Shown here: piece after piece, positions 12,793 through 24,554 of the stretch
How the letters are laid out: each line of letters opens with the position of its first letter
How positions within the stretch are numbered: position 1 is the stretch's first letter
Source of the DNA: Chiloscyllium plagiosum
Taxonomy: Eukaryota
Assembly: GCF_004010195.1 (NCBI RefSeq)
Contig: NC_057752.1
Location: forward strand, 7,033,971 to 7,072,581
DNA: 38,611 bases
Reading direction: 5' to 3'
Program-made: the position numbers and the translations under genes
The notes under the pieces: generated by a model
What the model saw: the letters and a program-made list of their open reading frames with translations, nothing else
The model's database searches: none
Told to the model about the DNA's origin: nothing

Positions 12793-13114
12793 TTAAATTA
12801 AATTCCCCACAGTCCAGAAACAGGCCCTTCAGCCCAACAAGTCCATACTGACCCTCCAAAGAGTAACCCACCCAGATCCATTCCCCCAATCCCTACTAAT
12901 GCATCTATCACTATGGGACAATTTCCCATGGCCAACTCACCTAACCTGCACATCTTTGGACTGTGGGAGGAAACCGGAATACCTGGAGGAAAACGACACA
13001 GACATGGGAAGAATGTGCAAACTCCACGCAGACAGTAACCAGAGACTGGAATTGAACCCAGGTCCCTGGCACTGCGAGGCAACAATGCTAACCACTGAGC
13101 CGCCATGCTGCCCC
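12793..13114 (-). mobile_element. HE1-type V-SINE, full length
   Basis: Starts GGGGCAGCATGGCGGCTCAGTGG; B box GGTTCAATTCC; V domain; ends GGGGAATTTAATTTAA. Confidence 0.9.
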
Positions 13115-13177
13115 AAAAAATAATGACCCACCCAAACACTGCAAGCATCACTCATTGGCAAACCTCAACACTATGCT

Positions 13178-13251
13178 TGGACAGTGTGGGGATTGAACCC
13201 ATGACCTTGGCGTTATTAGCACCACGCTCTAATCATCTGAGCTAACCGACC
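13178..13251 (-). tRNA. tRNA-Ile(AAT)-derived copy, probably a pseudogene
   Basis: GGTCGGTTAGCTCAGATGATTAGAGCGTGGTGCTAATAACGCCAAGGTCATGGGTTCAATCCCCACACTGTCCA (74 nt) is colinear with vertebrate tRNA-Ile-AAT and has an intact anticodon arm. Defects: D-loop GG changed to GA, a T-T mismatch in the acceptor stem and an A-C mismatch in the T stem. Confidence 0.85.
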
Positions 13252-15899
13252 TACAGTCAGTTTACATGCAAAAGATAGGGTGGGGGAGGGGATAAGGAGT
13301 AAACAGAAGTTGGGGACAGAGCCCAAAGGGAGAGAGAAGAACAATTGGACAGACAAAAGAGTAGGGAACAATCTGGCTAGGAGAGTGATTAGCTGTTAAT
13401 GGAGGCTGTAAGTGGCTAACAATAGGTAGTGTGTAATGGCAGTCTATGTGAAAACAAGGCCAAGTGTGTGGGGTAGGGGGCTAGGACACAGGGGAGTTCA
13501 GCCCTAAAAGTATTGAACTCAATATTGAGTCTAGAGGGCTGCAGAGTCCTCAAGCAGAAAATTGAAGTGTTGTTCTTCCATCTTGTGCTGAGCTTCACCA
13601 GAACACTGGAGCAAGCCTGAGACAGAGATAGTGGCCAAAGAACAGGGTGGTGTGTTAAAGTGGCAGGCAACTGGAAGCTCAGGGTTTTTTTTGCAGGACA
13701 GAACGTAGATGTTCTGTGAAGCGGTCATCCAGTCTATGCTTCGTTTCCCCAATGTAGAGGAGACCACATTGTATGCAGCGAATGCAGTAGACTAGATTGT
13801 GTGAACTACAGGTAAAGTGCTGCTTCACCTGGAAGGTATCTTTGGGTCCTTGGATACTGAGGAGGGAGGAGGTAAATGGGCAGGTTTACACTTTCGACAG
13901 TTGCAGAGGAGGTGTCGTAGGGCTGTGGGGTGGGGATGCTGAGAGTGAAGGAAGAGTGGACCAGGGTGTCCCAGAGGGAACTGTCCCCACGGGAGGTGGA
14001 CAAGGGATGGGAGGTAAATGTGCGTGTCTGGTGGTGGCTGATGATCCTCTGGATGCGGATGTGGTGGAATGGGAGGTAAGGACATGGGAACCCTATCGCT
14101 ATTGCGGGAAGGAAGAGAGGGGGTGAGAGCGGAGGCTCCTTCTGAAACGTCCATGTTCTTCCTCAACAGAGGATTCCCCAGCACCTTTGTCAACAGGGCC
14201 CTCAACCGGGTCCAACCCATTTCCTGCACTTCCGCCCACCAGCTTCTACGTTCTGCTCCTCAAAAAATGGCCCTGAGCTTCCAGTTGCCTGCCACTTTAA
14301 CACACCCTTCCCTGCCCAACATCTCTGTCTCAGGCTTGCTGCAGTGCAACCTGGAAGAAAAACACCTTATTTTCTACTTGGGGACCCTGCAGCCCTCGGG
14401 ACTCTGTAGAGTTCAATAATTTTAGGGCCTGAACTCTCCCATTTCCCAGCCCCCTACCACACACACACCACACCTTATCACGCAGTCTGCCGTTACACAC
14501 TACCTATTGTTAACCACTAACAGTCTTCATTAACACCAATCACCCTCCCAGCCAGATTGTTATCCACTCCTTTGTCTGTCCAACTGTCTTCTCTCTCTCT
14601 TTGGGCTCTATCCCTACCTATCGTTTATTCCTTATCCCCTTCCCTCCCATCTTCTGCATGTAAACCAACATTTTCCTAGCTACCATCAGTTCTGAGGAAG
14701 GGTCAACAGAGCCAAAACGTTAACTTTAATTTCTCTTCACAGATGCTGCCAGACCTGTTGAGCTTTTCCAGCAATTCTGTCTTTGTTTCTGATTTACAGC
14801 ATCTGCAGGTCTTTAGGGTTTTATTCCAACTTCTTCAACGTACCCTCATAACCAAGTTTCTCATTCCCAGAGCCATCCTTGTAAGTCACTTCTGCACCTT
14901 CTTCAATGCAGTCACATCTTTCCTATAATGTGGTGTTCTTAATTGTACACAATACTCCAGCTGAGGTCGAACAAATGTCTTTAAGTTCAACATCACCTCC
15001 TTGCCTTCATACTCTTTGCCCTATTCACAAAAGCTAAGGATACTAAGCTTTATTAATTGCTCTCTCCATCTATCCGGCTACCTTTAATGATCTGTGGACA
15101 TATGCATCCAGGTCCCTCTGTTCCTTCAGAATTGTATGCTTATTTTATATTGTCTTTCCATACTCCTCCTACCAAAGTGTATTACCTCATATTTCTCTGT
15201 ATTGAACCTCATCTGCCTCCTATCCATCCACTCCACCAACTTGTCAATGTCCTTTTGGAATTCCACAGTGTTCCCCTCACAGTTTACAATTCTCCCAAGA
15301 TTAGTGTCATCTGCAAACTTTAAAATTGTTCCCTGCCCACCAAGTTCCAGATCATTTGTACAGATCAGGAAAAGGAAGGATGCCAATACCAACCCTTGGG
15401 GAACTGCACTACAAACCTTCCTCCAGCCCTAACAAGTATCCATTAACCCTTACTCTCCGTTTCCTATCACTCAGCCAATTTTGTATCCAAATTGCTACTG
15501 CCCCTTCTATACCATGATGCATAACTTTCCTTCCAAGTCTGTTGTGCAGCACTGTATCAAATACCTTCTGGAAATTCATGTAAACCACATCAACAGCATT
15601 GCTCAGCAAGTCGTTGTTGCTTCTTCAAAAAAAAACATCAGCAAGATTTCCCTCTCAGAAATCCATGTGGACTCTTTCTAATCAAACTACCCTTTTTCCA
15701 AAGTAACTACTTTGCCGATTAATTATTTCCAGAAGTTCTTCCCCAAAGTTAAACCGAATGGTCTGTCATTGCTGGGATTAGCCTTACAAGTTTCCTTACA
15801 CAAAGGTGAAATGTTGCAATTTCCCAGTCTTCTGGCACCTCCTCAGAGGAAGACTGAAACATTATGGTCAGCGTTCCCCAATTTCTACCCTCATTTCAT

Positions 15900-17610
15900 C
15901 CAATTAGGGATAAGGCTATTTTGGATCTGATGTGTAATAATGTCAGAGTAAAAGATCAAAGAAACAGTGACCATTACATGGTACAATTTAGCATTCACTT
16001 TGAGAGAGAGGAACTTGGGTCGGAAATAACTTTTTGTCATTTACATAAATTATTTGGATGCGAGTATAAGAGGCACAGTTAGTAAGTTTGCAGATGACAC
16101 CAAAATTGGAGTGGACAGTGAAGAGGGTTACCTCAGATTACAACAGGATCTTGACCAGATGGGCCAATGGGCTGAGAAGTGGCAGATTTAGTTTAATTCA
16201 GAGGTGCTGCATTTTGGGAAAGCAAATCTTGGCAGGACTTATACACTTAATGGTAAGGTCCTGGGGAGTGTTGCTGAACAAAGAGACCTTGGAATGCAGG
16301 TTCATAGCTCCTTGAAAGTGTAGTCACAGGTAGATAGGATAGTGAAGGCGGCGTTTGGTATGCTTTCCTTTATTGGTCAGAGTATTGAGTACAGGAGTTG
16401 GGAAGTCACGTTGCGGCTGTACATGACATTGTTTAGGCCACTGTTGGAATATTGCATGCAATTCTGGTCTCCTTCCTATCGGAAAGATGTTGTGAAACTT
16501 GAAAGGGTTCAGAAAAGATTTACAAGGATGTTGCCAGGGTTGGAGGATCTGAGCTATAGGGAGAGGCTGAACAGGCTGGGGCTGTTTTCCCTGGAGCATC
16601 GGAGGTTCAGGGGTGACCTTATAGAGGTTTACAAAATTATGAGGGGCATGGATAGGGTAAATAGACAAAGTCTTTTCCCCAGGGTCAGGAGTCCAGAACT
16701 AGAGGGCATGTGTTTAGGGTGAGAGGGGAAAGATATAAAAGAGACCTACAGGGCAACCTTTTCACACAGAGGGTGGTGCGCATGTGGAATGAGCTGCCAG
16801 AGGAAGTGGTGGAGGCTGGTACAATTGCAACATTTAAGAGGCATTTGGATGGGTATATGAATAGAAAGGGTTTGGAGGGATATGGGCTGGGTGCTGGCTG
16901 GTGGGACTAGATTGGGTTGGGATATCTGGTCAGCATGGACGGGTTGGACCGAAAGGTCTGTTTCCATGCTGTACATCTCTATGATTCTATAACTGTACTC
17001 AGTTTAAACAAAGGCAATTACAAAGTAATGAAGGCAGAGCTGGCTGGAGTGGACTGGAAAAGGAGTTTTAGCAGCAAAGACAGTTGGGGAACAATGACGG
17101 ATATATAAGAAAATAGTTCATGCTTCACAGTGAAGATACACCCCAGTGAGTGAGAAGGAGTCTCAGAAGAGATAAGCCAATCTTGGTTAACCAAGGAAGT
17201 GAAAGGATCGCATCAAATTGAAAGGAAAAAAAAACGTACAATTTGGTGAAAATTAGTGGTAAGCCAGAGCACTGTGAGTTTTAAAAACTGACATGACAAA
17301 AAAAAAATGGAGAAGATAAACTTTTACGGTAAACTTGCTATAACATCAAGAGCTCCTTTAAAGAAGTAAAAGGGAAGAGAGAAGCCAAAGTGAACATAGG
17401 CTTCTGAGGAATGAGACTGGGGAAATAATAATGGGGAATGAGGAAATGGCAGAGGACATGAATAAATCAGTTTTCACAGTAGAGGACAGTAATAGCATTT
17501 CCAAAACACTAAAATAATCAAGGAGCAAAAGGAGGAGAGAAAATAAATACAATGACTATCACTGGAGAAAATGTGCTCGGGAAACTAATGGGGCTTAAGA
17601 CCAAGGCCTG
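15900..17610 (+). mobile_element. Older CR1 LINE (end of endonuclease and linker), interrupted at 16032-16988
   Basis: AILDLMC..SDHYMVQFSIHFEREELGSEIT continues after the insert as VLSLNKGNYKVMKAELAGVDW. Confidence 0.8.
16032..16988 (+). mobile_element. Younger 5'-truncated CR1 (HER1-like) LINE with intact 3' end and 6-bp TSD
   Basis: KFADDTK and RPLLEYCMQFWSP...LERVQKRFTRMLPG...RGDLIEVYKI; TCTATGATTCT tail; ATAACT at 16026-16031 and 16989-16994. Confidence 0.92.
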
Positions 17611-19155
17611 AGCATTCACCAGTCTGTCCTGTCCACTGAAGATGGGGGTGGAAGAGAATTGCGGCAGGGGAAAAATATCCAATGGCCTTTCAGTTAAATA
17701 ATTTAAAAAATCAAATGGATAATTGAAGTGACTCATCAGATTAAAAAAAAGATAAAACTAATATTTATGAGAAATGGTTCTGTAGATTCGCAGCAATGGT
17801 TCAAACATGTCTTCTCAATTCTCGCCTTCCCTATCACCCATCCTCCCCAAGTCTATTGCAGCAAAGTCATGAACTATGTCATATCCCACTCTCATGGCCT
17901 CATGGTGAAACCTGATGAGATTGATCACACAGACGTTAGGGTAGGGAGAGAGGGTGGAGATCATCCGAGTGCAAATGATAGCAATCAAATACTCCTTTGG
18001 GAACATGATTCTGAATAGACATGATTGTATCCCATCACACTCCAGGCAATCTTGCATAAATTCATCAGATGAAAAGATGTTTTTCCTCCTCCCATCACCA
18101 CATAGTTATCTCACTTTCTATATTAAAGTCACACAGTCAGTGTGTGCTTTATTGCTATCCAGTATGATTCTCAATAAGTCCAAGTAAGAATAGTGTTTTA
18201 TTGGGTTACTCACGAATGAGTCAAAAGGAGACACTACCTAGCAATCAGCCAAAACTAAGGTGTTTTCAGGAGTTATTTACAACTCTCAAACATCTTTCCG
18301 CTCCTTCCGTTCTCAGGTATTTATCTAGCTTCCTCTTAAATTCATCTATACGATTCACCTCAACCAATTCCTATACACGGATTCCTGAAAACAGCTTCCA
18401 TATCCTGCATACCTTTGCAGCTTTCTGAGACTGTTGAGATCAGAGAGTTGGACTATTTCACAATATGGGGTACACTGGTAGAGATTCACGTGCCTGAAGT
18501 TGTTTCTCAAACCTCTACAAAGACCCCTGGTTCAGAAGATCACTTATTGCATAGATCAAGCCAAAGGCAGCTGTGCAATTTATTCCCTACTCAAATGGTT
18601 AAGACATGGGTGTCCAAAATAAGGAGCTTTCACTATCTGCGCACTTCTTGACTTTTGTTCCCTACAACACGTCCAAAGTTTTAGGTCTTGTAAATAAGAC
18701 ATAACCACAGAAAATATGCATTTCTAAACTGAACAACTGATGAATATGTAAAGAAAAATCCCATGTCCGGATTTATCATAGGGCTGTGTTAATTAACGAT
18801 GGGATCAATGTTTTCTTGCTCCTCTTATTTTGGGATCAATGCTCCAATCTCCATTTCAATGGAAATTCACCCCAATTCTTCTCCAGATAAAAATTTATTT
18901 GAGGCTTTATGACATTTTGGCAAATGGGAGGGAAGAATTAGTGGAACAGTGGGATAGGTGAGGAGGCAAGAGAAGCAAGAGTCCCACTTCAACACTTCCA
19001 TGTTATCAAACTATAAAACCAAGCCAATAAATAACCATCAGCTCTTGCCTAGAATGAACAGCCTGTTGCAGGAACACAGGAAGAAATGTAAAGAGGATTT
19101 TTTTTAATAAAAGGAGTGTGTTTTTGATGTATGTCTCAGTTTAATCACCATCTTA

Positions 19156-19329
<174 letters not shown>

Positions 19330-19922
19330 TTACTTCCTCTAACAGACCTTTGGACGTTTTAGTCCAAACAGTGATATTTATCAATAATAATACAGTCCCT
19401 GACAATGGAGAAATTGCAAAGAATTCCACATCGAGGCAATCAACATTCTTTAATAAAAATTCACTTTGTTGTATTTAAATTTGACAAATAATTTTCCCTT
19501 GGTCTCTATTTCTCCTACTTACCCGAGCTCTAACCCTCGGAATAAAAGCCATTAATGCTGGAAATACTCAGCAGGTCATGCAGCATCCATGGAAAGCACA
19601 ATCCAAAGAACAGTGGTCCTATCTTCTCAACTCCTGCACCATATTAAAAAAAGGCCCATTTTATTTTATTTTGGTTGCCACTCAAAATAAACAAAAATAA
19701 TTTCAGAACGAGTTCAAAGGCCATCAGCAAATGGATCAAGGACAGAAAAATGCAGTTATGAAACTCTATGCCACTGAATGGCAAAATGAGTTTCACTGAC
19801 AAGCTGCAACCCCAGTCGCAGTTACTATCAAACGCAAGAAGCTCCAGCCTCTAGTTGCCCATTAAAACCTGTCACCCATTGCTATCTCCTCAGCTTCTGG
19901 GAATGATTACATTACTTGCAGC

Positions 19923-20611
19923 TGTTATGAAGGTATAGGTGTATGCTCTACCTTTAAGAGAGAGAGGGGAAGCTGGTAAGGACTGAAAGCACAGAGTGTG
20001 CTGAACAGTTTAAAAATGTAACATTTGGTTGACACAAATAGCTGGTGCTGTCATGCCATGGTAGAAAAACAGATTCAAATTTGGCCAGTTTAAATTATGT
20101 GCCAAATACCAAAATCCAATCGAATTTGAATTTAATGTTTTGATGACATCAAACCAATGAAATGATCCGATGTTTTAGGGTATAAAACTGGACATTTTGA
20201 ACAGCTGGGCAAGAACTGCCAAGAACACCAACAAGTATAGACTGCTAGCCAACTAGCTCTCTGAAAGGTACCTGTCCATTAGAAATTTGTGCAGCAGAAC
20301 CCCAAAGCCGACCTAGAGAAATCTACAGAGAAAGACTGACATCTGATGATGACAACTGGGTCCAAAGTTGATTTGCCGTAACCTTAAGAGGGAATGTATC
20401 AGACCAGTATTGTAGAGTGGGATGTAAAAGATATGTTTAAGAGAAAGGAGTTGTAAGTAGTTGTGGTTTTAATGTTCTCTGTTGGACCTAAAAAGTAAAA
20501 ATTAACAATTTTATTCTAAATACCGAAATCTGGGATAGTTCTTTGCCTCTCGAGATGAGCTTCTCTTTGTCGGATTTAAATTAGCAGAGGGGTTTACCCA
20601 GTGTCGTAACA
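19923..20611 (+). mobile_element. Solo LTR (689 bp, Gypsy- or ERV-type) in CDK2 intron 4
   Basis: TGTTA...TAACA termini; 4-bp TSD CAGC (19919-19922 and 20612-20615); CCAAT at 20116 and 20154; TATAAAA at 20181-20187; AGTAAA at 20494-20499. Confidence 0.85.
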
Positions 20612-20682
20612 CAGCAAAATTAACAATTCCCATCCCGTGATACCTTGGCACATGTTGCTGTCCATTTGAATCACTGTATTCA

Positions 20683-20892
<210 letters not shown>

Positions 20893-22594
20893 TTATTAAC
20901 CAATACACAATAATCAATTGCACAGATCACAGTAACCACTGGATCGGAGTCAATAATATATAGAACTGGAATAGCTCAAAACCCCGTAGCTAGTATGCAA
21001 ACTTCATCGGAGACTCCGGGGCTCCCATTAATATAGCTAATTCAGGTGATAAGTAAGGTCTTTAGACCAGGGCTTCCCTAAGTGGGGTCACCAGCTCACA
21101 GTCTGTGCCAGGAACTCTGACCAAGTGAACAGTTATCAGGCAGCTTTAAATCCTTGCATTTTTTTTCAAACATGGACTAATAACTTAACCTAGAGGGTTG
21201 GGTCCTAGCAGTAAAAATGGCAAGTCTCACAAGCTTTAAAAAAAAAACAAAACTTCTGCTCACACCACTCTATTCCACACCCTTTGCTCTTAAAGGTCAC
21301 CCCACACTCCCAGCTTAGAGTGTATAATGGCTGCAGGGTCTGAGCTCAAAATTAAAAGCAAATTAAGAAAGCCTTGCAGTTCAAAAAAAAAATTAAACAA
21401 TAAGATTCATGGGTGTACATTCGCAGCTGTAAAAATAGCAGAATACTGGGATTCCACTCCCCCACCTCATTCCCTAGCTGTATATAGGTTTGAATATCAT
21501 AAAGGACAATAAACAAGAAATCTCTCTCACAAAAGGTTGAAAAGAATCATGTTCACTTGCTTCAAGAGAAGACCTAGTTTTCAAGAACTGATAAAACTCA
21601 TGTAGAATTGAGGCACATAATGCTAAAGACCAGAGTGCAGAGCTTTGGTGATCCAATGATGTCAACAGTAACAATGGACCAGTAGGTCATCCTTCGCCTG
21701 CCCAGCAGCAGATAATTCCTGCAGTTTTAAGCAGGGGCCATCTTAAAAAAGTGTGGGTGACACAGGGCTACATTGAAAACACTGGAAAGCATCAATATAA
21801 AAGGATCTAAGGAGATACAATGTGTAAAATGTTCACATAGAATCAGGACAAGGTCTTCAGCTCATCAAGAATGATTCCACCATTCAATTATACCCTCTGG
21901 TTCCAGACACCCCTACAAGAGAAAATGACACCCTGGACAAGGGGTCATTTCCAGAGTCACATGGGGATAGAGCAAAATCTCCACACTGTGAAAATGCACA
22001 AGCTGGCACTGTGAAAGTAGGCGGTGACTTCAGGTTACGAAAAATAAAATTGGTTTGAAAACCCCAGTTAAAGAAAGTGAGGGTTATCATTACCTAAGAA
22101 ATTGACACACATTAAAAGATGAAATCTGTTGCTCTTCTATATGTAACAAATATTGCTTTCCCCACACATGCAGTCAAAGGATTTGCCAAGTTAAACATGC
22201 CACTGTCAAAAGGAGAGGTTAGCATGACATTACAAATTGTGCGCACAAGCTGTTTGGAGGTAGCTTTGGATGGTAAAGGACCACTTCCTGCAGAGGCGCA
22301 GCACCATACTCCCCTCCGAAACACCAAAAGGGACGACATGATGGCTCAGTAGAATGCCCAATGTGTGTTCTGACCCATCTTTCTTTCTCCAGTCAAACCT
22401 TCTGCCAAGGATGGTTCCTCCCCTTGGTCTAATCCAAGTATACAGAACTCAATAGGATCCTCAATTTACAAATCTGCAAATACCAAGCAATTTGTAATAC
22501 AGGATGATTGTCCACCACACATGAACTGATAAAAGTACATAAAAATTGTGCTCTCCAGATTAGTAAATAATTTTGAAAACCAGATCCACTGTTT

Positions 22595-22870
22595 GTTTTT
22601 GCGTCATTTGGATGAGACATTCAGGTGGATGCAAAAGATCCTAGCATACCCGTTGAAATAAACTAGAGCTCTTTTTCCAACATTTCCTGCTCAAATAATA
22701 CTGTCAAAAACAGATTCAAATGGTCATTTACCTCATTGCCGTTTGTGGATCCTTGCACTGTGCAAGTCGTTGCCATGTCTGCCTACACAACAAAGCTTCA
22801 AAAACGCAATAAACTGGTTGTGAAGGAACTTTGTAATTCCCCTAGAATAAGAAACGTGCAAGTGCAGCTT
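22595..22870 (+). mobile_element. Old Deu-domain-type SINE fragment
   Basis: TTTGGATGAGACATT..CAGGTGGATGCAAAAGATCC...CATTGCCGTTTGTGGATCCTTGC. Confidence 0.55.
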
Positions 22871-23181
22871 CCCATCAATTGCAGAATTAATCCAATGAAT
22901 TTACCAAATATCATTTTGGGAACAGTTTTAATAGGGTGGAGAACACATTTATATGAAGTTTTCTAAATGCTATAAAAGTTAAGGAACGTCTACGCATTTG
23001 TGAATTGAACAGGTTTAATCAGCACCACAGATACAGCCACCACGTTGTCTGGAAAACTTATATATTAAGTCACTGCACAGCAAAGCGCATACTAGGGCAG
23101 ATACCAGCCACCTCAAGAAGATGACCTGCTTTGGATCCGTTCCATTTTTAATTTTGCCCTATGAAACCCACATGATTTTAC

Positions 23182-23302
23182 CTTGACGAGTGGCAATGAG
23201 ATCCCATTGACTGAGGAGATGTCCATGAATTTCTTCAGATCCTGGTGCAGGAACTCAAAGACCAGATACAGTTTATTCTCCGTGTGAATGACATCAAGTA
23301 AC
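23182..23302 (-). CDS. CDK2: CDK2 exon 3 (121 nt; gatekeeper and hinge FEFL)
   Basis: CCTTCAG acceptor, GTAAAA donor; (E)[40 protein letters not shown]. Confidence 0.97.
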
Positions 23303-23864
23303 CTGAAGGAGTAGGGTGGGAGGGGAAAAGAGGAATACTAGTAATCCAACCACGGGTTCCAACTTCATTCCCAATTTCTTCTTGAAAGATCTCATTCTCA
23401 CCAACTGTATGGTCACAAATACTGAAATTTGCAGGACTCACAATAGATTCAATTGACAAGCAGCAAATGCAAAACTAGTGGGATTTTTTCCTCTATTTAC
23501 ACTTGAGCACTTTAAACAAGTGCTATATAAATGCAAGCTGTTGTTATAATGATAGTCTATAACTCAGAGGAAGATGATTTACTACATTCTTTGTAGATCA
23601 GTCTCTTGTCACACTCTCCATTTTCAACCCAGACTGATGAGATTCAAAAGTTTCTGCATTAGCTACACAGGTCCTTTTACAAAATCTGCACCATTGCAAA
23701 CTGGTGAGATTAGCAACTCTGTCTGAGTTATGACAGAGCACATGCAGATTTCAATTTGTTTTGCTGAGCATCTCAATTCAGTTCACAAAGCGTGACCCTG
23801 AGTTTCTGGTTCCTGGTCTTTTTCATTCTTTGCTTCACTCCCACTGTGCTTGACCCCTATACTA

Positions 23865-23960
23865 CGTGACTGTAGCTCAACAGAAGCTGGAGGAACAATA
23901 TCTCATTGGGCAGTTTACAACCTTCTGGACTCAACACTGTGTTCAACAATTTCAGATCCT
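23865..23960 (+). mobile_element. Short Penelope-like fragment
   Basis: AAGCTGGAGGAACAATATCTCAT...CAACCTTCTGGACTCAAC...TTCAACAATTTCAG matches the arm at about 14350-14425. Confidence 0.55.
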
Positions 23961-24089
23961 AATTGCCATTCCCATTTTTTTTAAAGAAAAATAGGCAGCA
24001 GCTGCCTTTTCAACTCTTCCCTCCTATCCCTCCCACTGTACTTGCTTAAAGTCTGTTACTTCTTGTCCAAAATTTTCCATTGTTTCTCT

Positions 24090-24445
24090 TTATTCTTCCA
24101 TGGGATGTTGCCTGTCTTTAAATACCTTTGAATGGAGTAGCTTGTTTGGCTATTTCAGACTTCAGTTAAGTCAACCACATTGTTGACACTGAGCTAATGC
24201 ATAGGTCAGACTGGGTAAGGAGGGCAGATTTCCTTATCTAAAGGGCATTAGTGAACCAAATTGTTTTCTCATAAAAACCTATCAATTTATGATCATCATT
24301 ATGGAGCCTAGCGTTTAATTCCTGATTAATTAAAAACTTACAGTTCCACCAGTTGTGAGATGGAATTTAAATCTATATGCTCAGAGCATTAAACTGGGCC
24401 ACTGTATTAGTAGCCCAGTGACATTACCACAGCACCACATCTCCC
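24090..24445 (-). mobile_element. tRNA-headed SINE-like short copy of the family at 26880-27180
   Basis: Shares GGTAAGGA.GGCAG.TT.C.T...CTAAAGG.CATTAGTGAACCA and a degenerate tRNA-like head. Confidence 0.7.
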
Positions 24446-24554
24446 AACAAGCACCCCACGTCCATCATTTACCACTTTTGATAGGAGGTCATAACCTGAA
24501 ATAATCTGTCTTTCTGTCTCTCTCTCTCTCTCACCATCCCTCCTTTCTCGGTCA

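Larger units (their letters stand above)
12682..14823. mobile_element. Penelope-like element composite: minus-strand arm (12682-14135) joined to plus-strand arm (about 14136-14823), 15-bp TSD
   Basis: The minus strand at about 13810-13610 encodes GIY-YIG-type LVYCIRCIQCGLLYIGETKHRL...EHLRSV...LPVACHFN. TTCCAACTTCTTCAA occurs at 12667-12681 and 14824-14838. The arms are inverted homologues, and each ends in a hammerhead-like motif. Confidence 0.85.
12560..15880 (-). mobile_element. CR1 LINE RT fragment, interrupted at 12682-14823 by a Penelope composite
   Basis: ORFs read KKLELFSFERRRL, LKFADDTNLG and VDVVYMNFQKVFDTVLHNRL. The sequence is continuous across the insertion, with a 15-bp duplication. 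Confidence 0.85.

Noticed and set aside
13178..13251. Functional tRNA-Ile gene
   Set aside because: The D-loop GG is broken, two stems have mismatches, the changes look like CpG decay, and it sits inside a retroelement.
17728..18057. Overlapping 96-aa and 80-aa ORFs in intron 5
   Set aside because: No recognisable domain or convincing splice sites.
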